The notes below the pieces were generated by a model. That model had not been told where the DNA came from and made no database searches. It worked only from the letters and a program-made list of their open reading frames with translations. DNA of 64,000 nucleotides from an uncultured Actinomycetes bacterium. Its GTDB lineage: Bacteria > Actinomycetota > UBA4738 > JBBDHU01. Shown piece after piece: positions 55,259 through 64,000 of this stretch. The stretch covers positions 27,045-91,044 of the forward strand of contig CAZXFL010000002.1 of NCBI GenBank assembly GCA_964640385.1, read 5' to 3'. Every line of letters starts with the position of its first letter. The stretch's first letter is position 1. The translations under genes and the position numbers were made by a program.

Positions 55259-55857
55259 CCCTGCCCCACAGGGACCTCGGCGCGGGTCCCGCGGTCGTCC
55301 TGTTGCACGGCGCGGGAGCTTCCGGCACGATGTGGGGCCGGTTCGCGGAGACGCTCGCGCCTCGGATGCGTGCCGTCATCCCGGAACTCCCTGCGGATGC
55401 CCCGGTCGGCGACCACGCGTCTGGGGTGCGCGCGTTGGCGGGCGAACTCGGCATCGACGAGTTCGCAGTCATCGGACACGGCGAAGGCGGCGCGGTCGCG
55501 CAACTGCTGGCGATCGGAGGCGGGGTCAGGGCGATGGTGCTCATCGATGCGCCGATCGCCGACGGTGCAGGCGAGCAGCTGGCCGCGCTCGAGGACGTGT
55601 TCACCTTCCTCATCTGGGGGGAAGACGACGACGTCGTTCCGTCCTCCGTGGGCGAGGACCTGTGCGACCTGATCGCCGGTTCGACGCTCGCCTTGGTGCC
55701 CGAGGCCGGTCACGACGTCATCGCGACCGACGGCGACACCGTCTTCCCGCTCATCTACGAGTGGCTGCGGTTCCGATACCTCGGTCGCCCGCACGGTCAC
55801 CAGGAGGGCGCCGTTCCCGTTCAGGTCCTCACGCGTCCGCCGGAGGGTGGCTGGTGA
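55255..55857 (+). CDS. Short alpha/beta-hydrolase-fold protein lacking the nucleophile Ser (GHGEGG instead of GHSxGG)
   Basis: VVLLHGAGASGTMW...VIGHGEGGAVA...WGEDDDVV...PEAGHD. Overlaps folP (GTGA) and folB (GTGA). Confidence 0.7.
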   Translation: MTLPHRDLGAGPAVVLLHGAGASGTMWGRFAETLAPRMRAVIPELPADAPVGDHASGVRALAGELGIDEFAVIGHGEGGAVAQLLAIGGGVRAMVLIDAPIADGAGEQLAALEDVFTFLIWGEDDDVVPSSVGEDLCDLIAGSTLALVPEAGHDVIATDGDTVFPLIYEWLRFRYLGRPHGHQEGAVPVQVLTRPPEGGW

Positions 55858-56201
55858 GCGAGTTCATCCTGCGGCTGAGCGGTATCGCTGCCCAAGGGCG
55901 TCACGGCGCGGACCCCGGGGAGAAGCTCGAGGCGCAGCCGTTCGTCGTGGATCTGGCGGTGACCATCGATGTGCTTGGGGACGCGGTCGAGGACACCGCC
56001 GACTACGCGGCACTGATCGCGGCGGCGCGGGAGGTCGTGGAGCGCCAGTCCCACGACCTCCTGGAGACGCTCGCCGGGGCCGTCGCACGGGCGGTGTTCG
56101 AGTACCAGAACGTCACGGCGGTCGCGGCCGTCGTCCACAAGCCCCGCGTTGCCGAGTTGCTCGGCGTGGACGACGTCTCGGCCGAAGCGTTCGTGCAGTG
56201 A
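55854..56201 (+). CDS. folB: Dihydroneopterin aldolase
   Basis: In-frame GTG at 55854: ...LSGIAAQGRHGADPGEKLEAQPFVVDL...DTADYAAL...LLETLA. Operon position between folP and folK. Confidence 0.85.
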   Translation: MSEFILRLSGIAAQGRHGADPGEKLEAQPFVVDLAVTIDVLGDAVEDTADYAALIAAAREVVERQSHDLLETLAGAVARAVFEYQNVTAVAAVVHKPRVAELLGVDDVSAEAFVQ

Positions 56202-56707
56202 AGGCCTACCTCGGTCTCGGCGCGAACCTCGGAGACCGCCTGGACTCCCTGCAGCGCGCGGTGGATCTCCTGGACGCCGACCCGTCGGTGGCCGTCCTGC
56301 GCTCTTCGCGCGTCTACGAGACCCGGCCGGTCGGTGGGCCGGATGACCAGCCCGACTTCCTGAACGCCGTCGTCCAGGTGGAGGCAAGCCTGACGGCGCG
56401 TGAGCTCCTCGAGCGCTGCCTTTCGATCGAGAGCCAGCTCGGTCGCGTCCGGGGCGAACGCTGGGGCCCGCGGTCGATCGATGTCGATCTGCTGACCTTC
56501 GGAGACGAACGTATCGACGAGGAGGACCTCATCGTTCCGCATCCGCGGATGCACGAGCGGATGTTCGTGCTCGCACCGCTGCTCGAGCTCGACGCCGATC
56601 CTCCGTTGCCCGAAGGACGCCGGGCCGAGACGATGCGACTGCCCGCGGCCGATCCACTCGGCGTGCGACCCTTCGCCCCGCCCTTGCGCACGGGGGTCCA
56701 CGAGTGA
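56198..56707 (+). CDS. folK: 2-amino-4-hydroxy-6-hydroxymethyldihydropteridine pyrophosphokinase
   Basis: AYLGLGANLGD...SRVYETRPVGGPDDQPDFLNAVV...RWGPRSIDVDLL...PHPRMHERMFVLAPL. Confidence 0.9.
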   Translation: MKAYLGLGANLGDRLDSLQRAVDLLDADPSVAVLRSSRVYETRPVGGPDDQPDFLNAVVQVEASLTARELLERCLSIESQLGRVRGERWGPRSIDVDLLTFGDERIDEEDLIVPHPRMHERMFVLAPLLELDADPPLPEGRRAETMRLPAADPLGVRPFAPPLRTGVHE

Positions 56708-57573
56708 AGATCTCGGTGGTCGGTGCGGGCCGGACGGGAACGGCGCTGGCCATCCTGTGGCAGGCGGCAGGTCACGGGATCGTCGCGGTGGCCGGCCGGG
56801 AGGCAACCCGCGAACGCGCGGAGCGGTTCCTGCCGATCGTCCCGGTCATGCCGGCGCCGGAGGCTGCGCGCCGGGGAGAGGTCGTCGTCCTCGGGGTTCC
56901 CGACGATGCCATCGCGCCGGTGTGCGACGGGCTCGCGGAACGCGGTGCGATCACCGAGGGACAAACCGTGGTGCACCTGTCGGGCGCGATCGGACTCGAT
57001 GTGCTCGACGCCGCCCGCGGGGCGGGCGCGAACGTCCTGTCGCTGCACCCGCTGCTGACGTTCCCCGATGTGGAGTCCGCGCTCCGCCGCCTCCCCCACT
57101 GCGCGATGGCGGTGACCGCGGAGGTGGGCGCCGACGCGACCTTCGCACTGGGTGAGCGGCTCGCCGTCGACGCCGGCGGCCGCCCGTTCCGGCTCCCGGA
57201 CGAGGTCAAGTCCCTGTACCATGCGGCGGCCGTATTCGCCTCGAACTACCTGGTCGCGGTCACCGCGGAGGCAGAGAACCTGTTCAAGGCCGCCGGCCTG
57301 CCCGACCCGAAGGAGCTGTTCATGCCGCTGGCCCGTGCGTCGTTCGAGAACGCGATGGCGGTCGGGCCGGAAGCTGCGCTGACCGGACCTGCCGCCCGCG
57401 GCGACGCGGGAACGGTGGCGCGTAACCTGGAAGCCTTGGCGAACCGTGCGCCCGAGGCCATCCCCGCGTACGTCGCGCTCGCCCGGGTCGCGCTGGACCT
57501 GGCGCAGCACGCGGACCGCATCACCGACCAGCAGCGCGCGGTGGTCGAGGAGGTGCTCGCGCGGTGGACGTGA
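56704..57573 (+). CDS. Rossmann-fold / DUF2520 protein (ketopantoate-reductase-like)
   Basis: MKISVVGAGRTGTALA.... C-terminal ...TGPAARGD... is typical of DUF2520. Sits upstream of panC, as in other actinobacteria. Confidence 0.8.
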   Translation: MKISVVGAGRTGTALAILWQAAGHGIVAVAGREATRERAERFLPIVPVMPAPEAARRGEVVVLGVPDDAIAPVCDGLAERGAITEGQTVVHLSGAIGLDVLDAARGAGANVLSLHPLLTFPDVESALRRLPHCAMAVTAEVGADATFALGERLAVDAGGRPFRLPDEVKSLYHAAAVFASNYLVAVTAEAENLFKAAGLPDPKELFMPLARASFENAMAVGPEAALTGPAARGDAGTVARNLEALANRAPEAIPAYVALARVALDLAQHADRITDQQRAVVEEVLARWT

Positions 57574-58421
57574 TCCGGACCTTCGAGGCCTACCGGGAGG
57601 TCGTCGACGATGCGCGCGCGCAGATCCACCCTGTCGGTCTCGTTCCGACGATGGGCGCATTCCATGACGGCCACCTGTCGTTGATGCGCCGGGCGGTGGA
57701 GGAGCGCGACACGGTCATCGTCTATCTCTTCGTGAACCCGCTCCAGTTCGGCGAGGGCGAGGACTACGAGCGCTACCCCCGAGACGAGGAGCGGGACATC
57801 GCGACGGCCGAGGCGCGGGGGGTCGAGGTCATGTTCCTGCCGACGGTCGAGGAGATGTATCCGGAGTACCCACCGATGATCACGGTGGATCCCGGGCCGC
57901 TCGGCGATCGCTACGAGGGTGCCGCGCGCCCCGGACATTTCCGCGGGGTGCTCACCGTCATCGCCCGCCTGTTCGATCTCACGGGCGCGTGCCGTGCCTA
58001 CTTCGGTGAGAAGGACGCCCAGCAGCTCTTCCTGGTCCGCAAGATGGCCATCGAACTCGCCCCGCAGGTAGAGGTCGTCGGGTGCCCTACCGTTCGCGAA
58101 GCCGATGGTCTGGCGATGTCCTCTCGGAACGTCTACCTGGATCTCGAGGAGCGCGTGGCGGCGACCTGTCTGCACCGGGGTCTCCAGGAAGCGCAGCATC
58201 GGCTGAAACAGGGCGAGGCGGATGCGGCAGCACTGGCGGCTGCCATCGGTGAGGCGGTCGAAGCCGAGCCGCTCGCCGAGCTCGACTATGCGACCGTTGT
58301 CGACGACACGACGTTCGAGGCGCTGGAGACGGTGGGTCGCGCTGGTCCTCCGGCTCGGGCCCTGGTCGCGGCCCGGATCGGGACGACGTGCCTCATCGAC
58401 AACCTGCTCCTAGGGCACTGA
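57564..58421 (+). CDS. panC: Pantoate--beta-alanine ligase
   Basis: VPTMGAFHDGHLSLM...FVNPLQF...FGEKDAQQL...MSSRN. Confidence 0.92.
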   Translation: MDVIRTFEAYREVVDDARAQIHPVGLVPTMGAFHDGHLSLMRRAVEERDTVIVYLFVNPLQFGEGEDYERYPRDEERDIATAEARGVEVMFLPTVEEMYPEYPPMITVDPGPLGDRYEGAARPGHFRGVLTVIARLFDLTGACRAYFGEKDAQQLFLVRKMAIELAPQVEVVGCPTVREADGLAMSSRNVYLDLEERVAATCLHRGLQEAQHRLKQGEADAAALAAAIGEAVEAEPLAELDYATVVDDTTFEALETVGRAGPPARALVAARIGTTCLIDNLLLGH

Positions 58422-58523
58422 CCTCGACGTCGCCGCCCGCCCGAAGGCGCAGATGCGCCGGCCCGGTGGGTTGTGGGAGGATGACGACCCATCGGCAGGC
58501 GACCTCAAAGGAGGCGGTTGACC

Positions 58524-59303
58524 ATGCTCCTCGCGATCGACGTCGGGAACACCGAGACCGTGCTCGGCGTGTTCAAGGGCGACGAGCTGACCTGGCACTG
58601 GCGGATGGCGACGGTCCACGACCGCACCGCCGACGAACTCGCCCTGATGTTCGGCGGTTTCCTCGAACAGCAGGGGCTGTCGTTCACCAAGCAGGTGACC
58701 GGGGTTGTGATCGCGTCGGGCGTGCCGTCCGTCAGCGTCGCGCTGCGTGACATGACCGAGCGCTATTTCCACTTCTCGCCGATCGTGGTCGAACCGGGGG
58801 TCAAGACCGGCATCCCGATCCTGATCGACAACCCTCGCGAGGTCGGTCCTGACCGCGTGGTGAACGCCCTGGCCGCGTTCACCAAGTACGGCGGGCCGAG
58901 CATCGTCGTGGACTTCGGCACCGCGACGAACTTCGACGTGGTCTCGGCCAAAGGGGAATACGTCGGCGGAGCCATCGCCCCCGGCATCCAGATCTCGGTC
59001 GAGAGTCTGACCTTCCGGGCCGCTCGCCTGCCGCGGATCGAGATCGTCGCCCCCAAGGCCGTCATCGGCAAGAACACCAACGATGCCATGCAATCCGGCT
59101 TGGTCTGGGGCACGGTCTCGGAGATCGAAGGCATGATCGAGCGGATCGAGGAGGAACTTGAGGCGGAACCGACGGTGGTCGCCACGGGCGGTCTGGCAGC
59201 GGTTATCGTGCCGTTGACCGACTTGGTCGATCATCACGAGCCCTGGCTCACCCTGGAAGGGTTGCGCCTGGTCTTCGAGAAGAACGTGGGGGACGATGAG
59301 TGA
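58524..59303 (+). CDS. coaX: Type III pantothenate kinase
   Basis: MLLAIDVGNTETVLGVF...VDFGTATNFDVV...ATGGLA. AGGAGG lies 9 nt before the ATG at 58524. The track ORF starts at the TTG at 58518. Confidence 0.92.
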   Translation: MLLAIDVGNTETVLGVFKGDELTWHWRMATVHDRTADELALMFGGFLEQQGLSFTKQVTGVVIASGVPSVSVALRDMTERYFHFSPIVVEPGVKTGIPILIDNPREVGPDRVVNALAAFTKYGGPSIVVDFGTATNFDVVSAKGEYVGGAIAPGIQISVESLTFRAARLPRIEIVAPKAVIGKNTNDAMQSGLVWGTVSEIEGMIERIEEELEAEPTVVATGGLAAVIVPLTDLVDHHEPWLTLEGLRLVFEKNVGDDE

Positions 59304-60837
59304 CGACGGCGTAACCGATCCGGAGTCCGATCCGGAGGAGGCGCGCGGTCGCGAGGCCGAGGTGCTGCGCGCGCGTCGCGAGTCGCTGGAGCGCCTGCGG
59401 GCGGCCGGCGTCGAGCCGTACGCTCTGACTTACGACGCCGACCCCGAGCACGCCGCCGACCTGCGCGAGCGCTACCCGGCGCTCGAGCCCGGCACGGAGA
59501 CGGTCGACGACGTAACGGTCGCCGGGCGAGTGGTCCAACGCCGAGATTTCGGAAAGCTCACGTTCTTCGTCCTGCGGGACCGGACCGGGGACATCCAGTT
59601 GATGTGCGTCAAAGGCGACCTGAGCGACGCCGCCGGGTTGGTGGACGAGGTGGACCTCGGCGACATCATCGGTGCGCGCGGCGTCGTCGGCACGTCGAAG
59701 AAGGGTGAGCTCCAGGTCAAGATACGCGAGCTCACGATGCTGACCAAGTCGCTGCGTCCGTTGCCCGAGAAGTGGCACGGGCTGAAGGACCCGGACCTTC
59801 AGCAGCGCCGCCGGTACGTTCATCTCATCGTGGACGACGCCCCGCGCCGGTACACGTTGGCGCGTGCCGCGGTGCTCAAGACCTTGCGCCGGGTGCTCGA
59901 CGGGCAGGGCTACCTCGAGTTCGAGGGGCCGATGCTCCAGACCATCGCGGGTGGGGCGAACGCGCGTCCCTTCACGACCTATCACCACGTCCTCGACACC
60001 GAGATGAAGCTGCGTATCTCATTGGAGCTGTACCTCAAGCGGATGATGGTCGGCGGCATGGAGCGCGTCTACGAGCTCGGCCGAAACTTCCGCAACGAAG
60101 GGATCGATCGAGACCACAACCCCGAGTTCACGATGCTCGAGGCCTACCGCGCTTACGGCGACTACCACACGATGATGGACCTCAGCGAGACGCTGATCCG
60201 GGAGTCCGCGCGCGCCGTCGGGCCGATCATGGGGCGTGATCCCGACGATCTGGGCGTGCGGTACCGGGACCTGCGCGTGGATCTGGCCGCACCGTTCGCA
60301 CGGATCACGATCCTCGGCGGCGTGTCGGAGGCGGTCGGTGAGCAGGTCACGCTCGACCGGGCGGATCTGGCGACGCTGGCCGAGAAGCACGGTGTGCCGC
60401 TGGACCCCGCCTGGGGTCCGGGCAAGATCGTCCAAGAGATGTTCGACAAGCTCGTCGAGGAGACCATCGAGCAGCCGACCTTCGTGTGCGATTTTCCTCG
60501 TGAGGTCTCCCCACTGGCTCGTCCGCATCGCGACGAGGCCGGCCTGACCGAGCACTTCGACCTCGTGATCGGAGGGCTCGAGCTGGTTACCGCGTTCTCC
60601 GAGCTCACCGACCCCGACGAGCAGCGGGCGAAGTTCGAGGACCAGCTCCGTGCGAAGGAGGCCGGCGACGAGGAAGCCCACCCGCTGGACGAGGACTTCC
60701 TCCGTGCCCTCGAGCACGGCATGCCGCCGGCGGGCGGCCTCGGGCTCGGCATCGATCGGCTCCTCATGCTGCTGACCGACGCCCCCAGCCTGCGCGACCT
60801 GATCATGTTCCCCAGCCACCGTCCCGAAGAGGCATGA
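59296..60837 (+). CDS. lysS: Lysine--tRNA ligase (class II)
   Basis: OB-fold region, then class II motifs ...YLEFEGPMLQ..., FRNEGID..HNPEFTMLE and GLGLGIDRLLMLL. Confidence 0.95.
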   Translation: MSDDGVTDPESDPEEARGREAEVLRARRESLERLRAAGVEPYALTYDADPEHAADLRERYPALEPGTETVDDVTVAGRVVQRRDFGKLTFFVLRDRTGDIQLMCVKGDLSDAAGLVDEVDLGDIIGARGVVGTSKKGELQVKIRELTMLTKSLRPLPEKWHGLKDPDLQQRRRYVHLIVDDAPRRYTLARAAVLKTLRRVLDGQGYLEFEGPMLQTIAGGANARPFTTYHHVLDTEMKLRISLELYLKRMMVGGMERVYELGRNFRNEGIDRDHNPEFTMLEAYRAYGDYHTMMDLSETLIRESARAVGPIMGRDPDDLGVRYRDLRVDLAAPFARITILGGVSEAVGEQVTLDRADLATLAEKHGVPLDPAWGPGKIVQEMFDKLVEETIEQPTFVCDFPREVSPLARPHRDEAGLTEHFDLVIGGLELVTAFSELTDPDEQRAKFEDQLRAKEAGDEEAHPLDEDFLRALEHGMPPAGGLGLGIDRLLMLLTDAPSLRDLIMFPSHRPEEA

Positions 60838-61085
60838 GGTCGGCCTGTCGCGAACCCGACACATCCGTTGTCGTCTGGCTGACGAACCGCATGTCCCCCA
60901 TGACCGAACCTATAGAGGAAGCACCGGAACCTCACGGGCGGCTACGTGGGCGCGGGCCGACCCGAGAGGCGTGAGGGGGCCGCCGAAACATCCCCAGGCG
61001 GTCCCCTCCTTTCCTCGGCGGGGCCGGAAGGGCGGGTCCTACGCCCGACCGACTTGCGAGAATCGGTGGAACCAAGCAGAGTCAG

Positions 61086-63650
61086 ATGCTGGGGACGAGG
61101 AGCGAGATGCAGTACACAGGGAGCGCCGGAGCTCGGAGAGGTGTGCTGGCCCACATCATCGTCGTGCTGGCTGTGGCCGCGACAACCCTCGTCTTGGTAC
61201 CTCAGTCTGTCCAAGCCGCCGGCTGCACGATCACATACGTGTGGACCGGGATCGCCGATACCAACTGGTTCAACCCTGCGAACTGGGGTCCGAACGGCGT
61301 GCCGGACAACTCCTCTGAGTGTGCCGTCATCCCGACCGGTCAGGTTGATCTTTCCACAGGAGTCACGATCGATGGGCTCGACATCAACTCCCCCGCGGCA
61401 ACTCTGAACATCCTCGCAGGTCAAACGCTCACGGTGACAGATCTGAACCTGTCCGCTGGCTATCTCACCGGTGGCGGTCAGGTGGTCGTGCAGTCCACCT
61501 TCCAGCAGGCGCAGAGCAGCACGTTCAAGCTGTGCGGGAACGCCAGCATCGCCCTGACGACGTTCGTCAACGGGTCGATCGGCGACAACGCACAATTCAT
61601 GATGCGTCGGGGATCCGCTTTGATCGTCGATAGCTGGCTCAGCGTAGGGGAGGACGCTGGCATCCGGACCTACGATGGTCCGGACGGGCCGATGTGCAAC
61701 GACCAGGCGTTCGGGGTTGCCCGGGTCGCCGTTACTCCGAATGGACAGGTGTACAGCTTGGGTTCGGCGAGCTTCCCGAATCCGGAGATCATCGACGCTG
61801 CCGTCCGCAACGAGGGCGTGATCAACGGCGGACCCTGGGGGATGGACCTGTCTCCCTTCCGGCTCTTGGGTGGGGACTTCCCGAACGGGTCGCTGTACTC
61901 GAACGGTGAGTTCCGGAACCTGCAGTTCGGCGGCGGGCCGACGAGCGTGTACCGGCTCGAGGGTGGCGCCTCGGCAACACAGGTGGCCGTCGGGTTTCAG
62001 CGGTCGGACCTGACGACGGAGCAGGCGGAACTGCGAGTGCTCCCGGGCGGTAAGGCGACGTTCGATGGTCGTGTGTACGGTGGCACGATCAGCGGTGGAG
62101 GTACGTTGGAGGTGCCGAACGGCGCGATGCTTCACATGCGATCGCCGTCACCAGCGGAGATGGCGTCGATGCTGGGGTCGGGGACCACCTACCTCAACGG
62201 AGGCGATCTGATCGCCGACATGGGTGGTGTCCGGATCGGTGGCTGTCAGCCGCCGCCGCCGGCTGCGTGCGGAGCCTACCGCACCGTCGACAATGACGGG
62301 TACGTCGCCATCGACGCCGACGCCCACTTCGTGGCCGACGATGGGACGACCTTCATCAACCGCGGCACGTTCGACATCCAGAACGACTTCGGGTACTACA
62401 AGGGCTACGCAGAGGATGGGGTTCCCTCGACGGTCTTCGACAACAGGGCCTCGGGCGTGATCGCGAAGACCGACCAGATCACCCTGGGCGCACCGAGCAT
62501 TATCGAGGCGAACTACATGGGGACCGGTGCCATCAACGCCATCGTGGGGAGGATCCTGATCTGGGACTACGATGTCGACGCCTCGATCTCCCCGGGGAAC
62601 TGGATGGCGACGGGGACCACCACGACAGTGAATCCGCCGGGAGGCGTCTCGATCCCGGGCAAGGAGTTCGCGACCGGCGTGCAGAATCTCGATTCCGGCG
62701 CCCACGAGTTCTCGATCGATGAGAGCACGGACGACCCCGCGAACGTCGGCGGCTACGACTTCTTCCCGTACACCGCTCTGGTCAAAGCGCTGGACGCGAC
62801 CGGCGGGCTCAACGCCGACATCGAGTTCGGCATCGACTCGGGGATGCTCTCGGGCGGCGAGGTGTACGCCTTCAACCACGGCGTGATGATCCCGGAGTGC
62901 CCGGATGCCGTCACGATCGATCCCGACCCGTGTGTCGTTCGCTCGTTCAACGCCGAAGGCGACGCGGTCCTGCTGATCCGGACCACCCAGCTGGGCGCGC
63001 CGGCCGCGTCACGCCCGTCGATCTCGTCTCCCGAGGGTTCGCGCGCGCCGTTCATCCGCGGACACGCGCGCCGCGTGCCGGTCGACGTCGATGCGACGGC
63101 CAGCGAGGTCGACGACGACACGCTCCTCTTCCAGGACGCCGGCATCACCCCGCCCTCCACGACGGTGGTCCTCGGAACCACCATGAACTTCGTGCTCGAC
63201 CCCGCTCATTCGGCGCAGGACGCGGGCCTGCTCGGTGACGCGGGCGCACCGCTGTTCGCGTTCGTGGCCGACGACGACTACCGGTACCCGGCAGGCACTT
63301 ACACCGTGGTCGATCCGAGCAACGCGGATACCGTGACGGTCAAGGTGAAGCCGCAAGCGGCGCAGATCCAGCCCGACAAGGGGCACGAGATCGGCGTGAC
63401 GTGGTCCTCGTCCGCGACCGTCGAAAGCTGCACGACCTGCGCGTGGGACGTGCAGTACAAGGTCAAGAAGTCCGGCACGAAGAAATGGACCGGCTGGAAG
63501 AACTGGGAGAACGACCAGACGGACCCGAGCGGTACGTTCGATGCGCCGGACCACGGCAGCTACAAGTTCCGCGCGCGCCTCGTGAACACCGGGACGAGCA
63601 CCGTATCCGGGTGGTCGCCGACCACCTCGACCGTCAAGGTCGTCAAGTAG
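61086..63650 (+). CDS. Large secreted hypothetical protein (854 aa) with a C-terminal Fn3-like module
   Basis: Signal peptide ...VVLAVAATTLVLVPQSVQAAG. The C-terminus YKFRARLVNTGTSTVSGWSP resembles the C-terminus of the protein at 18245..18952. An alternative start is at 61107. Confidence 0.8.
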   Translation: MLGTRSEMQYTGSAGARRGVLAHIIVVLAVAATTLVLVPQSVQAAGCTITYVWTGIADTNWFNPANWGPNGVPDNSSECAVIPTGQVDLSTGVTIDGLDINSPAATLNILAGQTLTVTDLNLSAGYLTGGGQVVVQSTFQQAQSSTFKLCGNASIALTTFVNGSIGDNAQFMMRRGSALIVDSWLSVGEDAGIRTYDGPDGPMCNDQAFGVARVAVTPNGQVYSLGSASFPNPEIIDAAVRNEGVINGGPWGMDLSPFRLLGGDFPNGSLYSNGEFRNLQFGGGPTSVYRLEGGASATQVAVGFQRSDLTTEQAELRVLPGGKATFDGRVYGGTISGGGTLEVPNGAMLHMRSPSPAEMASMLGSGTTYLNGGDLIADMGGVRIGGCQPPPPAACGAYRTVDNDGYVAIDADAHFVADDGTTFINRGTFDIQNDFGYYKGYAEDGVPSTVFDNRASGVIAKTDQITLGAPSIIEANYMGTGAINAIVGRILIWDYDVDASISPGNWMATGTTTTVNPPGGVSIPGKEFATGVQNLDSGAHEFSIDESTDDPANVGGYDFFPYTALVKALDATGGLNADIEFGIDSGMLSGGEVYAFNHGVMIPECPDAVTIDPDPCVVRSFNAEGDAVLLIRTTQLGAPAASRPSISSPEGSRAPFIRGHARRVPVDVDATASEVDDDTLLFQDAGITPPSTTVVLGTTMNFVLDPAHSAQDAGLLGDAGAPLFAFVADDDYRYPAGTYTVVDPSNADTVTVKVKPQAAQIQPDKGHEIGVTWSSSATVESCTTCAWDVQYKVKKSGTKKWTGWKNWENDQTDPSGTFDAPDHGSYKFRARLVNTGTSTVSGWSPTTSTVKVVK

Positions 63651-63690
63651 CCTCGCGATGCCGAGATTTTCCCCAGGCTCCGTCGCCCTC

Positions 63691-63696
63691 TAGACT
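63691..63696 (+). promoter_or_regulatory. Candidate -10 (TAGACT) placed 6 nt before the ATG of the Crp/Fnr gene, suggesting a leaderless transcript
   Basis: No Shine-Dalgarno fits between the -10-like hexamer and the ATG at 63703. This pattern is common in actinobacteria. Confidence 0.3.
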
Positions 63697-63702
63697 GCGC
63701 CC

Positions 63703-64000
63703 ATGGATCTATCGCGCGTCGCCGCTCTGTTGATGGACACCGAGCTGTTCTCCGGCCTCGGTCCGGCCGAACTCAACAAGATCGCCGAGCTCGCCAACGA
63801 TCGTCGGTACAAGAAGGGCGCGATCATCTTTTATCAGGGTGACCCGGGCGACGCGTTCTACGTCGTGGCCGAGGGGAGCGTGAAGGTGTTCGTCCAATCC
63901 GGCCAGGGCGAGGAGATGGTACTCGTCACCTTGCGGCCGCCGGATACCCTCGGGGAGGTCGCGCTGCTCGACGAGGGGCGGCGCTCGGCCTCGGCAGAGG
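63703..64000 (+). CDS. Crp/Fnr-family transcriptional regulator (cNMP-binding domain). The 3' end is off the window.
   Basis: MDLSRVAALLMDTELFSGLGPAELNKIAELANDRRYKKGAIIFYQGDPGDAFYVVAEGSVKV...LGEVALLDEGRRSA. Confidence 0.8.
   Translation, partial: MDLSRVAALLMDTELFSGLGPAELNKIAELANDRRYKKGAIIFYQGDPGDAFYVVAEGSVKVFVQSGQGEEMVLVTLRPPDTLGEVALLDEGRRSASAE

Noticed and set aside
60960-61010. GGGGCCGCC...GGCGGTCCCC hairpin about 130 nt downstream of lysS as an intrinsic terminator.
   Set aside because: A stem is present, but there is no U-tract and it is far from the stop codon. I cannot distinguish it from a random GC-rich palindrome without expression data.

Overview
High-GC (about 68-70% by eye) actinobacterial-type chromosome segment. 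Most long Arg-rich ORFs in the six-frame track are out-of-frame or antisense shadows. I kept about 65 coding regions. The window divides into seven parts. (1) 1-11.2 kb is a signalling neighbourhood: three intact tandem HisKA_3 sensor kinases plus a 61-aa relic of a fourth, all chained by ATGA overlaps. It also holds a cNMP-binding protein with an unassigned N-terminal domain, a NarL-type regulator, and a REC + LuxR-HTH + class III cyclase fusion. (2) 11-27 kb carries envelope and redox genes: a Mo-oxidoreductase, etfBA, an amidase + 3xGT2 giant, an MFS pump, a USP-USP-Rieske fusion, and two head-to-head truncated Ca-binding repeat genes. (3) 27.5-35.4 kb is bracketed by a 5' half and a 3' part of tRNA-Thr(CGU) and contains an intact copy of that tRNA. 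It looks horizontally acquired: an AT-rich patch, an orphan clpP, an IPCT/DIPPS-like fusion, an IS3 OrfA remnant and a DUF234-type ATPase. (4) 35.5-42.4 kb is a run of secreted repeat or beta-propeller proteins, including one with 14 x 37-aa RCC1-like repeats. (5) 42.8-45.5 kb holds an FHA protein and a receiver-like membrane protein. (6) 46-61 kb is the conserved actinobacterial block tilS-hpt-ftsH-folE-folP-folB-folK-panC-coaX-lysS. (7) The window ends with a large secreted protein and a partial Crp/Fnr gene. No rRNA or CRISPR array was seen. All domain calls come from motif reading by eye, not from database searches.
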